A stretch of 64,000 bases of DNA from Pyrodictiaceae archaeon (GCA_027036135.1 JALVSY010000007.1:164880-228879), one strand, 5' to 3'. Positions 48,300 through 58,441 are shown, counted from the first letter of the stretch. Notes: generated by a model from the letters alone, not told the origin. Numbers and translations: made by a program.

Positions 48300-49085
48300 T
48301 TAGAAAACAGAACGTAGTAGGCCTCCATCTATCGGTATCGAGGCTCCGTTTATGTAGCTCGCGTAGGGGCTTATGAGGAATGCTACTAGGTAGCCGACTT
48401 CCCGTGGCGAGCCTATCCTCCTTAAGGGGACGTTAGCAGCCATTTCCTCAATTACCTTCTCCACGGGCTTACCTGTCTCAGCTGCACGTTTCTCCGCTAC
48501 TTGTCTGACACGGTTAGTCATTATGTAGCCTGGTAGTATCGCGTTTACCCTTATCCCTCTCGGGCCAAGCTCCCTTGCAAGTGTTTTCACAAGGCCGTGA
48601 ATACTTATCCTCATCACGTTCGACAACGCTATGTCCTCGAGAGGCTCCCTCACAGCTATGCTTGTCGAGAACACCATGGAGGGGTTACTGCTCTTCTCCA
48701 GCCATGGCAGGGCGTAGTAAGCCGCCCATACAGGGCTTAGGGCTAGTAGGCGTGCTGCATACTCCCAGTCCTCGAGCCCCAGGTCACGGAACTTCCCGGG
48801 CCTAGGAGGCCCCGGGATATAGACTAGTGCATCGAGCCCGCCGAGCAGCTCGGCTGCCTTGTTAACGAGGTGCTCGACCTCCTCCCTCCTAGTCAGGTCT
48901 GCCTGAACCGCGTAGACCTCTCCCAGCTGCTTGAGCTCCGCTAGGGTCTTCTCCAGCCGGGCCTGATCCCGCCCATTTATTACTACGCGTGCGCCTTCCT
49001 CGAGGAGCACCTCTGCTACTCCACGGCCTATGCCGCGGCTCGAGGCTGTTACGAGGACTCTTAGACCCTTGATACCGAAGGCCAT
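48300..49085 (-). CDS. SDR-family oxidoreductase
   Basis: TASSRGIG, SNVMR, GIRVNAILPG, YINGA.IPIDGG. Confidence 0.9.
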   Translation of the reverse strand: MAFGIKGLRVLVTASSRGIGRGVAEVLLEEGARVVINGRDQARLEKTLAELKQLGEVYAVQADLTRREEVEHLVNKAAELLGGLDALVYIPGPPRPGKFRDLGLEDWEYAARLLALSPVWAAYYALPWLEKSSNPSMVFSTSIAVREPLEDIALSNVMRISIHGLVKTLARELGPRGIRVNAILPGYIMTNRVRQVAEKRAAETGKPVEKVIEEMAANVPLRRIGSPREVGYLVAFLISPYASYINGASIPIDGGLLRSVF

Positions 49086-49193
49086 ACGGGTATACACCCC
49101 TCGCTGAGCAGAGAATTAGGGTACATAACAAGTGGCTAGGGAAAACCGATCCCAGGGCCTAGGGATAGAAAGTGGGATAGGGTTTGAAAAATG

Positions 49194-49661
49194 TTAGCCT
49201 AGTGGCTTCAGGCTGAACACTATTATTGCTGCTATGTAGAGCGCCATGCCTACTAGGTCGCTTGTGGATAGCTTTTCTCCTAGGATTAGCCAGGCTAGGC
49301 TTGCTACTAGGAGCGCGTTTGAGAGAGCTATAGCTGTTGCTGGCCCGGCTTTGCCGAGGGCTACTGCTACTTTGAGGAAGTACATGCCTATGGCTAGGAA
49401 GACTCCTGCTAGGGCCATTACTAGGTAGAAGTGCGGGTTAACCCCGCTTATGCGCGGGTTAAACGCGCTATCGTATCTCCCCTGAGTCATCATTGCGAGG
49501 AGCACTATGATGCCGACGAGCCCTGCTCCTAGGAGTAGTATCGCTGTGCCCTCCATCGAGGGCATCCCCTTGACTGAGGCGTATTTGAGGAGGAAGTTCG
49601 TCAACCCGAACATAATGAACGTACCAAACGCGTAGAGTACCCATGCACTGCTCTGCGCCAC
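49194..49661 (-). CDS. EamA/DMT-family transporter (single repeat)
   Basis: Five TM segments, LAWLILGEKLS motif. Confidence 0.75.
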   Translation of the reverse strand: MAQSSAWVLYAFGTFIMFGLTNFLLKYASVKGMPSMEGTAILLLGAGLVGIIVLLAMMTQGRYDSAFNPRISGVNPHFYLVMALAGVFLAIGMYFLKVAVALGKAGPATAIALSNALLVASLAWLILGEKLSTSDLVGMALYIAAIIVFSLKPLG

Positions 49662-49791
49662 TACCCAGCCACCCTCTATTCTTCCCTGGTAGGAGCGATG
49701 CTCTAGGGAGAAGACTATAATAGCTAAGCGTCGGTGCAAACAAGTCGTGGCTAAACAAGAGACTCATGAAGGACGGCGGGGCTGCTCCTGG

Positions 49792-50121
49792 TTGCCGAGG
49801 AACGAAATCAGCTTACTGAACATATACACAATAATGGCCCTAGGCTTCTTCGGACTCACAGTGATGGCTTACATAGAGCACAATGCTGACCTTGCCGCAT
49901 TCTATCTCCTAATGGGCGGCGCGCTTCTCCTAGGCAAGGTGACTGTACTCTTCCCGAGAAACAAGCTGGCAAGGATACTAGCCGACATAGGAATAATCCT
50001 GCTCGCGTACAACGTTATAGCGAGGTACCCCCTGGGGAAGCTCAACGCCTACACGCTTATCTCGTGGACAATCCTCGCCGCAGCCCTCATAGAGGCCATC
50101 TATGTCCTCAAGAAGTACTAG
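49792..50121 (+). CDS. Small membrane protein (about 4 TM)
   Basis: Hydrophobic ORF with typical codon usage. Confidence 0.6.
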   Translation: MPRNEISLLNIYTIMALGFFGLTVMAYIEHNADLAAFYLLMGGALLLGKVTVLFPRNKLARILADIGIILLAYNVIARYPLGKLNAYTLISWTILAAALIEAIYVLKKY

Positions 50122-50157
50122 GCCTCGTGCCCATACTCAGTAATAATCTCCTAGGAG

Positions 50158-51291
50158 TCATGCATTGCCTATGAAGACCTCTTTTACTCCTGCTTCCCTA
50201 GCAGCGCGGTAGGCTTCTAGTGCGTGCCGCCTACTCGTTGGGGGGAGGTCCCTCATCCGGAAATCTGGGTGGAAAGCGAGCAGAACCATGGGTATGTTGA
50301 CCCGGTACTTATCCATGAGGCTTGCAACGTAGGACGCGATGCCTCTTACCTCCTTCGCGTCAACATAACCCGGCACGAGCAGCGTGCTAATCGCTAGCAG
50401 GGGCGGCTCTGGGCGCTCCCTTGCCATGCGGGCTAGTTGCTCTGTGTTCTCCTTCAGCCTCTTGAGCGCTTTTTCTCCGTCTGCTCCGGTTAGCGCCTCG
50501 TATATGGAGGGTGTCCATGCCTTCCAGTCTATCTTCACTATGCCGCCGCTCACTAGGCTTAGCCGGGCCGCCTCCCGTATCAAGGGTGGCGACGCTAGGC
50601 CGTCCGTCTCCCAGCATATTCTCTTGGGCCACTGCTTCCTCTTCTCCGCCTCGGCTAGTATCTTCCTGGAAGCCTGGATTAGGAGAGGCATGTGTGGCGT
50701 AGGGTCTCCGCCGAAATAGCATATGCACGTAACTCGTGGATCAAGAGCCTCCTCTACCAGCTCCTCTATGGTCTTTATGTAGCGGCTCCAGGTCCCCGTG
50801 GCTAGTGCTAGCTTGTGCTCGGGGTTTTGGCAGAAGTGGCAATCAAGGGGGCATCCGAGGAGGAAGACTGCTAGGTTATAGTATCCCTTCTCAACACCCT
50901 CTGTGAAGGTGTATCTTGGATAGCCTCTCGAGGTATTCGCTGGGCAAACGTAGCCTGCAGTGCAGTTAGTTGGGTGCGGGTCTAGATAGGTATAGGCTAG
51001 GAGCCTTCCATGACCCTGTAGGGGCTCTAGCTTGCCGCCGCGGTTAACCCATACACCACAGTACCCCTTGCCGCCGGGCGGGATACGGCACTCGTTGACG
51101 CATATCTTGCAGGGAGCGCCACTAGGTTCCCGGGGCGGGCTTGGCGGTAACCCGAGCTTCTCTCGGTAGATGCGGCGTTTTCTCCGAGCCACTGCTAGTG
51201 CCTCAGCAGGTCTCCTCCGCAAGCAATCGGCACAGACACCTATGGCTTCAGCTACTAGGCCTTCTCGGCCGCATAGAGCACATCGAGCCAT
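50158..51291 (-). CDS. Radical SAM protein (PFL-activase-like archaeal family with N-terminal Cys clusters)
   Basis: CALC..CADC, CKICVNEC, DPHPTNC, GCPLDCHFCQN, YFGGDP, CWETDG. Confidence 0.85.
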   Translation of the reverse strand: MARCALCGREGLVAEAIGVCADCLRRRPAEALAVARRKRRIYREKLGLPPSPPREPSGAPCKICVNECRIPPGGKGYCGVWVNRGGKLEPLQGHGRLLAYTYLDPHPTNCTAGYVCPANTSRGYPRYTFTEGVEKGYYNLAVFLLGCPLDCHFCQNPEHKLALATGTWSRYIKTIEELVEEALDPRVTCICYFGGDPTPHMPLLIQASRKILAEAEKRKQWPKRICWETDGLASPPLIREAARLSLVSGGIVKIDWKAWTPSIYEALTGADGEKALKRLKENTEQLARMARERPEPPLLAISTLLVPGYVDAKEVRGIASYVASLMDKYRVNIPMVLLAFHPDFRMRDLPPTSRRHALEAYRAAREAGVKEVFIGNA

Positions 51292-51366
51292 AACACGAGC
51301 ACCCTAGTCCATGGCGTAGGATTTTAGGGAAAAACGCCTATATCCTAGCACACGGGCCTCTACAGG

Positions 51367-51774
51367 ATGAGTTACGAGTATGCACAAACCCTTCTTAGGA
51401 GAGCCGAGGCATTCCTCGAAGCCTCTCAGAATAGCTATGAGAAAGGATACTGGGACGTAGCATGCGTAGAAGCAGAGATCGCTGCCCAGCTCGCCCTTAA
51501 AGCGCTAATAGCTAGGATGGGGCTAACGCCACCACAGGTCACTGGTATTAGGAGGCTTGTGGGGCTCGTAGCGAGGCTCCACCCAGATATCGGCGAGAAA
51601 TTAGCCAGCCATGCTAAGTCTATACGTGAGAGAGTAATAGTGCTTGAAAGGTGCTGGGAAATGGGTCAACATAGCCCAGAGCCGGCTGATGAAGAGGAGG
51701 CCTACATAGCGCTTGAGGCGGCTAAGGACCTAGTAGAATTTACGAAGAACCTCGTAGAGTCTCTGAACCACTAG
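51367..51774 (+). CDS. Orphan HEPN-domain protein
   Basis: RRAEAFL..S.....GYWDVAC..AEIAAQLALKA. Confidence 0.75.
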   Translation: MSYEYAQTLLRRAEAFLEASQNSYEKGYWDVACVEAEIAAQLALKALIARMGLTPPQVTGIRRLVGLVARLHPDIGEKLASHAKSIRERVIVLERCWEMGQHSPEPADEEEAYIALEAAKDLVEFTKNLVESLNH

Positions 51775-51812
51775 CGACAAGGAATACGAGGGACTACTAG
51801 CTCGTCAGTAGC

Positions 51813-52976
51813 CTAGACTGCCTGGGACCGTGTTGGCCGGACTTGTCTATTCTTCCATAGTACTTGGCCGCGTAGCGCTCTTATGAGACCTATTGGGTAG
51901 ACTAGTTGGCCGTAGAGTAGGCCTGGTAGCGCGTATAGCGGCGAATACCCCTCTATCATGGCTCCTGCCGCATAGGCTATGGTCTGTGTGACTAGTGGTG
52001 CTAGGAGTAATGGTTGTAGCGGGCTCGGAGCCAGGGGAGCCAGCAGGGCTAGTGCTAGGGGCCCGTAGCTCGTCAGCATCGTTGCTATGCTTATTACCAT
52101 CTTGCCCGCCTTGGATCTATGCCCTAGCGGGTCTACGAAGAGCCTAGCTATGAGCCATGCGTACTCGGTTGCGGTGTCGTAGATCCAGACGCCTATGATG
52201 TCCCTGGCGTCGGGCAGGAGTAGTCGTAGTCCTTTCTTCTTGGCTTGTTTCGCGAAGTCGCGGTCCTCTACGTAGCTAGAGGCTACTAGCCTGTGGCCGC
52301 CGAGGCGCTGGTAGGTTCCTCGCCTAATGGCCCAGCAGCACCCATACATCCATGCAAGGTCATCGCCTCTGCTCATCACTCTGTGGAGGCCGTAGAACCC
52401 GTAGGCTGTCGCGGTGACGGCGGCCTCTACCGAGGCGCATCGACGTGTTCTGCAAAGGAACCGTGGCACGAACCCGATTACCTCGTCGTCTTTCATGCTT
52501 GCTGCTAGGCAGCGCAGTTTCTCGGGCTCCAAGGGCTCCGTGTCAGCATCTAGGAAGAGGAGTACATCACTGCTAGCCCGCGAGGAGCCCACGAGGAGCG
52601 CGTAGGGCTTCGGAGCCCAACCATTAGGTATATTCTCAACCCTAACCACGATGAGGCTCTCATGCCTCCTTGACAGCTCTGCTAGTACCCTGGGCGTCTC
52701 ATCGCTACTAGCGTCATCAACCACTATTACTTCACTGAAACCAGCTACGAGGAGGCGTGGTAGGAGCTTCTCCAAGTTATGGGCCTCGTTCCGGGCAGCA
52801 ATAATTACCGAGACACTTGCGCTACAGCCCCGTTTCTCTATTGCTCGGCGTGCCCTGCTCACTGCACGCATACTCTTATGAATACTCACTATAGCGTAGA
52901 GCCATAGAGCTAAGAGCCCCATAGCCAGGATAACTGCTACAAGCCAGGCCACGATAACAAGCAGCGACAACACCAT
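51813..52976 (-). CDS. Membrane glycosyltransferase family 2
   Basis: SVIIAARNE, VVDDASSDET, GWAPK, FLDAD, ED motif, TM ends. Confidence 0.9.
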   Translation of the reverse strand: MVLSLLVIVAWLVAVILAMGLLALWLYAIVSIHKSMRAVSRARRAIEKRGCSASVSVIIAARNEAHNLEKLLPRLLVAGFSEVIVVDDASSDETPRVLAELSRRHESLIVVRVENIPNGWAPKPYALLVGSSRASSDVLLFLDADTEPLEPEKLRCLAASMKDDEVIGFVPRFLCRTRRCASVEAAVTATAYGFYGLHRVMSRGDDLAWMYGCCWAIRRGTYQRLGGHRLVASSYVEDRDFAKQAKKKGLRLLLPDARDIIGVWIYDTATEYAWLIARLFVDPLGHRSKAGKMVISIATMLTSYGPLALALLAPLAPSPLQPLLLAPLVTQTIAYAAGAMIEGYSPLYALPGLLYGQLVYPIGLIRALRGQVLWKNRQVRPTRSQAV

Positions 52977-53119
52977 CTACACCTCTCTTATCAGCAAAGT
53001 ACCTTGACGCAAGCATATGGAGGCTTTGCTGTCTCGTGACTTTCTATCCTCTCCAGGTCTTAACCTGATAGTTTTTAACCCCCGTTATAGATTCTTGTTC
53101 GGATACTAGGGGGCATGAC

Positions 53120-53533
53120 GTGAGCCTACTAGCTGCTCCACGTAGACGAGAAGATGCAAAAGCCATAGAGAAACTGGTTGAGCTAGCCATTAAGAGGTAT
53201 AACCGGTACCGCGGAGCCGAGAGCCAGGCAAAGCTACTAAAGATAATGGGGGACACAGTTGTCGTAGCATTCGAGGGCAGTTTTTGCGAGACTTGTGGAA
53301 TAAATGACTGGGTTGACGACTTCCGATACGTGATAGAGGACCTGGGCGGTGAGGCCGAGCTAGTCACAGTTATTGAGCCCGAGAAGCCTGAAGAGTTCTT
53401 CGACTACCGGATAGGGGTCTTTCGCGTAAAGAAGGTGCCTAGTATCGAGGAGCTAGAGCGCATCGAGAGGGAGGAGGCTGAGCTAGAGGAGTGGCTCAGC
53501 ACGGGGGAGGAGGAGGCAGCGGCGGAGGCCTAG
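53120..53533 (+). CDS. Hypothetical protein with CxxC motif
   Basis: YNRYRG, FEGSFCETCG..DW..DF, acidic tail. Confidence 0.7.
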   Translation: MSLLAAPRRREDAKAIEKLVELAIKRYNRYRGAESQAKLLKIMGDTVVVAFEGSFCETCGINDWVDDFRYVIEDLGGEAELVTVIEPEKPEEFFDYRIGVFRVKKVPSIEELERIEREEAELEEWLSTGEEEAAAEA

Positions 53534-54354
53534 ATGCTCTCCAGCTTCTCGATATCCTCTGGCGCGAGTCTCCAGCCAAGCGCTCCCAGGATTTCTCTTA
53601 GGTGCTGCTTCTGCTCAGTTTTCGGTATCGCTACTACTCTTGGCCTCGATATTAGGAAGTTGAGCGCTACCTGTATCGGTGTCTTCCCATACTTCTCGGC
53701 TATCTCTCTCACGACCTTGTTGCGTGCAACCGCGCCTCTCTCAAGGGGTGTATAGGCCTGAATAGTTACCCCCAGGTTCTCCCGGAGTATTAGTTCAAGT
53801 ATCTCCTCCGCCTCTGAGCGGGTAAGTACGCTGTAGTGGACCTGGTCTACAACGATCTCTGTCATCGATGTGGCGTGTACTGCTTCCTCTAGCTCCCTCG
53901 CGTTGAAATTGCTTACGCCAATGTACCTAGCATAGCCTTTGCCATAGACTATTTTCTCGAAGCGCCTAACCTGCTCGGCTATCGGTATCCCTGGGGCAGG
54001 CCAGTGTATGAGGAACAAGTCAACCTCGCGTACACCTAGTCGCTCCAGGCTCGCCTGGGCAGCCGCTTCTATCCGTTCCTCGCTCCAAAGCCTACTAGGA
54101 AGCATCTTAGTGGTTACAAAGACGCGGTCCCTGCCAACACGCCTAATAACTTCGCTCACTATTCTCTCCGATGCCCCGTCACCATACATCTCGGCAGTAT
54201 CTATCAGATTAATCATCCCGGTCTCAATAGCCTCGACCAATGTCTCCACTGCTCTCCGGGGGCTACGAATAGCCCAGGTACCAAGACCTATTGCGGAGAC
54301 CCTATCACTCCCAATAGTCTTCCAATCACTCGTATCGATAGGAAACCTAGGCAT
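53530..54354 (-). CDS. Aldo/keto reductase
   Basis: IGLGTW, IDTAEMYG, VTTK, LIHWP, IGVSNF, AYTPL, IPK. Confidence 0.92.
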   Translation of the reverse strand: MPRFPIDTSDWKTIGSDRVSAIGLGTWAIRSPRRAVETLVEAIETGMINLIDTAEMYGDGASERIVSEVIRRVGRDRVFVTTKMLPSRLWSEERIEAAAQASLERLGVREVDLFLIHWPAPGIPIAEQVRRFEKIVYGKGYARYIGVSNFNARELEEAVHATSMTEIVVDQVHYSVLTRSEAEEILELILRENLGVTIQAYTPLERGAVARNKVVREIAEKYGKTPIQVALNFLISRPRVVAIPKTEQKQHLREILGALGWRLAPEDIEKLESI

Positions 54355-54498
54355 AGCCTCTCCACCACACCTAGCAAGGCTACCCTATACACTGGTGTTA
54401 AAGGAAAGAGCCACGGGGCTAGAAAAGCCTAGCCCAGGAAGAGAACGAGTCCCTTCACGAACCATTAAGCAAGGAAACTGAAATGAATGACCGTGTCT

Positions 54499-55030
54499 CT
54501 ATGCCTCTTTCTCATGTGTTCTCTTTATCTCCTTCTCTAGCTGCTCAGCCGTATACTCAACAAGCTTCTTCACAAATAGCAGGCTTATCTCCACGTCCTC
54601 CTCGCTGAGCCCGTGCTCGTGAAACCCATGGACATGTAGGTCGAATCCTTGGCTCCAAGCATCTATTATAAGCTGGCTCCTTAGTATGATGGAAAGCCGC
54701 CTAGCCGCCTTCGCTGAAAGCCGTGTCCACCACCCGCCTCTTCTCGCGCCCTTTTACACTCCTCAATATCGTGAAGACATGCTAGTACCTTGATGCACTC
54801 CTCTACTGCCTTATAGAGCTTCTCAGAGGCCTGGACGGCGTCGCCCCTTTCCAGCTCCTCTTTGGCCCTTTGTACCATGTGCTTAGCTATCTCGAGCCTG
54901 GTCTCAAGTTCTTCCTCGGGATCCAGGTTAAGCGAGCGCTGGACAGCTTCAATTATAATTGCCTCAACATCCATTCTGCCTCTCTGGGCTATCTTTCCAC
55001 TAGTCCCTTAGGGAGAATTATTGTAGCCAA
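54499..55030 (-). pseudogene. PaREP1-family gene with two single-base frameshifts
   Basis: GDAVQASEKLYKAVEECIK, then in another frame WWTRL...AW...LHVHGFHE. Breaks near 54995 (A run) and 54738 (G run). Confidence 0.75.
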
Positions 55031-55192
55031 GCAACTTCTCCAGTAATATAAAGTTAACCTAGAGGAGCTTTTCTACAGCCTTTCCCCCTTAATGGATTCT
55101 AGCAATACAGCCTCTTGTGGTAAGCATGGCGCCCTTTGTCTTAAAAACCTAGGTGAAGAGGCTTAGAGATAATCTATCCTTTAGGGGGCTTA

Positions 55193-56305
55193 TTGTCAGC
55201 TATTCATCGCCTAGAGGCTATGGCTCGGAACTACGCGCTCGCAGCTGTTAAGGCTGACCGGGAGGGTCGTATAGAGGAGGCTGTTAGGAACTACAAGAAG
55301 GCTATCGAGATTCTCTCCAAGATTCTCCAGCTACGACCCGATAACCCTCTCGCGCATGTTTATCGCAGCATTATTGAGCAGTATCGTAAGCGTGTCGAGC
55401 AATTAGAGAAAATAGGTGTGCCTGCGACACCTAGTGAGGCTGAGCAACTAGAGGACTGGATAGTAGCCGAAAAGCCCAACGTAAGGTTCACTGATATAGC
55501 TGACCTCGAGCACGCTAAGCAGGCTATAAAGGAGGCAATAATCTACCCCGTTAGGAGGCCCGACCTCTTTCCCCTGGGATGGCCCCGTGGAATACTCTTG
55601 TTCGGGCCCCCGGGCTGTGGCAAGACAATGCTAGCAGCAGCTGTCGCCAACGAGGTTGACGGCGTGTTCTTCAACATAGACGCAGCAACGATTATGAGCA
55701 AGTGGCTCGGCGAGGCAGAGAAGAAGGTGAAACTCCTCTTCGAGAAAGCAAGGGCAGCGGCGCGCAACGGTAAGCCGGCAATAATATTCATTGACGAGAT
55801 AGATGCGCTACTAGGCGTATACGAGAACGAGGTTGGCGGAGAAGTACGTGTCCGCAACCAGTTCCTCAAGGAGATGGACGGGCTACAGGATAAGAGCAGT
55901 AAGCTCCACGTCTACGTAATAGGCGCTACCAATAAGCCTTGGAAGCTAGATGAGCCCTTCATAAGGAGGTTCCAGAAGCGAATCTACATACCACCACCTA
56001 ACAGGGAAGCAAGGCTAGAGATACTCCGACTCTACACTAAGGGTCTTAAACTAGCCCCGGACGTTGACCTAGAGAAGCTTGCGGAGATAACCGAGGACTA
56101 TAGCGCCAGCGATATCAAGGACATAGTAATGGAGGCCCATCTGAGAACAGTCAGGGAACTCTTCGAGAAAAACGGCGGGGAAGGAGAGCCGAGGCCCATA
56201 ACGATGCAGGACTTCATGGAGGCCATAAGGTCTAGAAGGCCTAGCATAACCAAGGAGATGGTGCGCAGATACGAGGAGTGGTTCCAGAGATTCGGCAGCG
56301 TCTAG
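55193..56305 (+). CDS. cdvC: Vps4-like AAA ATPase CdvC
   Basis: N-terminal MIT domain (AVKADREG..EEAV.NY.KAI), FPLGWPRGILLFGPPGCGKT, IFIDE, ATNKPW.LD..FIRRF. Confidence 0.95.
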   Translation: MSAIHRLEAMARNYALAAVKADREGRIEEAVRNYKKAIEILSKILQLRPDNPLAHVYRSIIEQYRKRVEQLEKIGVPATPSEAEQLEDWIVAEKPNVRFTDIADLEHAKQAIKEAIIYPVRRPDLFPLGWPRGILLFGPPGCGKTMLAAAVANEVDGVFFNIDAATIMSKWLGEAEKKVKLLFEKARAAARNGKPAIIFIDEIDALLGVYENEVGGEVRVRNQFLKEMDGLQDKSSKLHVYVIGATNKPWKLDEPFIRRFQKRIYIPPPNREARLEILRLYTKGLKLAPDVDLEKLAEITEDYSASDIKDIVMEAHLRTVRELFEKNGGEGEPRPITMQDFMEAIRSRRPSITKEMVRRYEEWFQRFGSV

Positions 56306-56317
56306 GCACTACTAACG

Positions 56318-56752
56318 CTAACCTTGTTCTATCAATCTCTGCTCCTTAACCCGTCTATACAAGATCATCATTATTGCCACAAGCAATCCCAGCACTATGC
56401 CTAGAGCATATCCGCGTAGCTCCTGGAAAGGTGGGTCGCCGAGAGGCCACTCACCGAGCTCATAGGAGGTAAAGAATGCCGCCAATTGCAGCGCTGCCCT
56501 TCTCTGCGATTCGTGAAGCAGCCCGTATCCGGTTGCGAGACCTAGTACTATGTGTGTTAAGCCGTAGCCCTGCCTGGACACTTCTCTTACTAAGGCTACT
56601 ACTAGTATTAGGCTTCGAACAACGAGTCCCGCAATGAATCCCAGTAGCGAGGCACAAGCTAGGCTCCGTAGTAGCCCGCTCTGTCCAACTCGTGACCATG
56701 CAGTTCTGTATCTAGCTAGTAGTGATTGTTTCCGCCCCGTTGCGTTCCCCAT
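56318..56752 (-). CDS. Hypothetical membrane protein
   Basis: Hydrophobic ORF, start uncertain. Confidence 0.5.
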   Translation of the reverse strand: MGNATGRKQSLLARYRTAWSRVGQSGLLRSLACASLLGFIAGLVVRSLILVVALVREVSRQGYGLTHIVLGLATGYGLLHESQRRAALQLAAFFTSYELGEWPLGDPPFQELRGYALGIVLGLLVAIMMILYRRVKEQRLIEQG

Positions 56753-56881
56753 ATGTTATTGTTGCTCTTTTCAGTGTCTTATATGTAGTACTTTGTAAGG
56801 CCTCATTATTTACCTGGTTCATCCTTTCTTAGCCAATTAGTATATTATGCCCCGGGATAGGGGAATAGGATGGTGTAGTGC

Positions 56882-57316
56882 TTGGAGAAGCCACGTACCC
56901 TGCTACTTGTCGGCGCACTTCTAGCCCTGGGGCTATTAGCTACGAGCGCTGCTGCGCAGAGTAACGCGACCGCTACCAATGCAACTGTTACAAACATACT
57001 AAGCAAGGCGATGAGCAACCCAAAGGTAGCTATCTCGATGCTTATACAGTTCCTCTTAGGCCTTGCACTTGGTTACTATAGCGCAAAGATAGCTAAGTAC
57101 TTGCTAGCATGGATAGGCGTGATAATAATCGGTGCGTTGCTCTCCGTCTGGAGCCTTGGGGGCAGCGTAGAGGACATCTTGACAAAGCTAGGTCTTGAGG
57201 CGAAGAAGCTTATGCCGATAATAAGGGACTTCTTAACAGCCCTAGGAGTGCTAACAGTTGGTCCAGTCGCCGTCGGGTTCGTACTCGGCCTCGTAATCGG
57301 TATTACCCGTAAATAG
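56882..57316 (+). CDS. Membrane protein with signal peptide (FUN14-like by resemblance)
   Basis: LLGLALGYYSAKIAK and GFVLG Gly-rich helices, NAT/NVT sequons. Confidence 0.65.
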   Translation: MEKPRTLLLVGALLALGLLATSAAAQSNATATNATVTNILSKAMSNPKVAISMLIQFLLGLALGYYSAKIAKYLLAWIGVIIIGALLSVWSLGGSVEDILTKLGLEAKKLMPIIRDFLTALGVLTVGPVAVGFVLGLVIGITRK

Positions 57317-57319
57317 GCG

Positions 57320-58282
57320 CTACCATACAACTATCTCTCTGTGTATAGATCGCCGAGCCGGAGGCTTTTTGCACAGCTTTATGCGGGGGTGTGGCTCGCC
57401 GCACTCCTTGCACCTTGCTGAGCCATCATCACCTCTCTCGGCCAGTACCCTCACACCCCATGGTTTTCGCGAGATTATTGGCTTCCGGCACCTCTTGCAC
57501 AGAGTGTCTGTAAGCGTGTAGCTCTCCTCGCCATAGAGGTAGACGTAGAGCCTGCCCTTCTCACGGAGCTTCTCAACGAGATCATAGCCTCGGTCCATTA
57601 CCTCTTCGCCACCTATGGGTATTAGGTGTATTGCTGCCTCGGGGTAGAGGCTTGCGAGCTCGGATACCATTATCTCTGCCTTCTTCGAGCCATCGTAGGC
57701 GAGGTGTATCTCTAATACATCGAACAAGCTATATGCCGCGCGCAGAACCTCATAGACATGGTCTAGGCGGGGAACCCTCTCAACCAGGGCCACGTGCTCG
57801 AAGACCAGGACTGTGTATCCAGCGTCACGTGCTCTGCGCAGACGCTCAATACTGACGAGCCCGGAGCTACGTGCAGCAAAATACTCCGGGGCATAGTCTC
57901 CAAGGAGACCCCTCAGCTTCCTTGGCAACTCGTGTACCCAGTCCAGGGCAAGCGGCTCCCCACCATCAACTAGTAAGACGTCTACACCGAGCATTCTGAG
58001 CCTCTTTAGCTCTGACTCGCTAAGCCTCCTGGTAATGAGGGAGCCCGGGTCGCCTAAGTGGCTCCAGCTACAATACCTACACCTCCACGGAGCCATCGGG
58101 GTTACTAGTCTCGCCACAATACCGCCTGGGCATACATGGTAGAGAGGCACCTGCTCAGCCCTTAGCACGCTCATGTATACAGCGTGCCACGGTAGCGCAT
58201 CCCTCTCCCCCGTCTCTTCCAGCACCACAGCTTTGCAAACTGGCTCGCTACATGCTAGTACGCAGCGACTACACCGAGCCAA
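57320..58282 (-). CDS. Degenerate radical SAM-like protein
   Basis: CSRCVLAC, PLYHVCPG, APWRCRYC (first cluster Cys missing), DGGEP, C-terminal CKRC/CKEC. Confidence 0.7.
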   Translation of the reverse strand: MARCSRCVLACSEPVCKAVVLEETGERDALPWHAVYMSVLRAEQVPLYHVCPGGIVARLVTPMAPWRCRYCSWSHLGDPGSLITRRLSESELKRLRMLGVDVLLVDGGEPLALDWVHELPRKLRGLLGDYAPEYFAARSSGLVSIERLRRARDAGYTVLVFEHVALVERVPRLDHVYEVLRAAYSLFDVLEIHLAYDGSKKAEIMVSELASLYPEAAIHLIPIGGEEVMDRGYDLVEKLREKGRLYVYLYGEESYTLTDTLCKRCRKPIISRKPWGVRVLAERGDDGSARCKECGEPHPRIKLCKKPPARRSIHREIVVW

Positions 58283-58364
58283 TGCACTAGCCCCGTTTAA
58301 TTAGCTAGAACGTGTAGAAAAGAAACATAAGCCTATGAGCCAGGCCTGCCGATAAAGAGTGCTC

Positions 58365-58441
58365 GGGGATGATGGAGATTGGCCTTTGCGGAACTCCCCG
58401 GGCCGAGGGGCAGGGATGAGCGAAGAACCCCTTACTGACCC
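58365..58441 (+). ncRNA. Candidate C/D-box sRNA
   Basis: GGGG-AUGAUG(G) C-like, CCGA D', GGAUGA C', CUGA D, then CCC closing the stem. GC-rich island in a long intergenic region. Confidence 0.5.
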
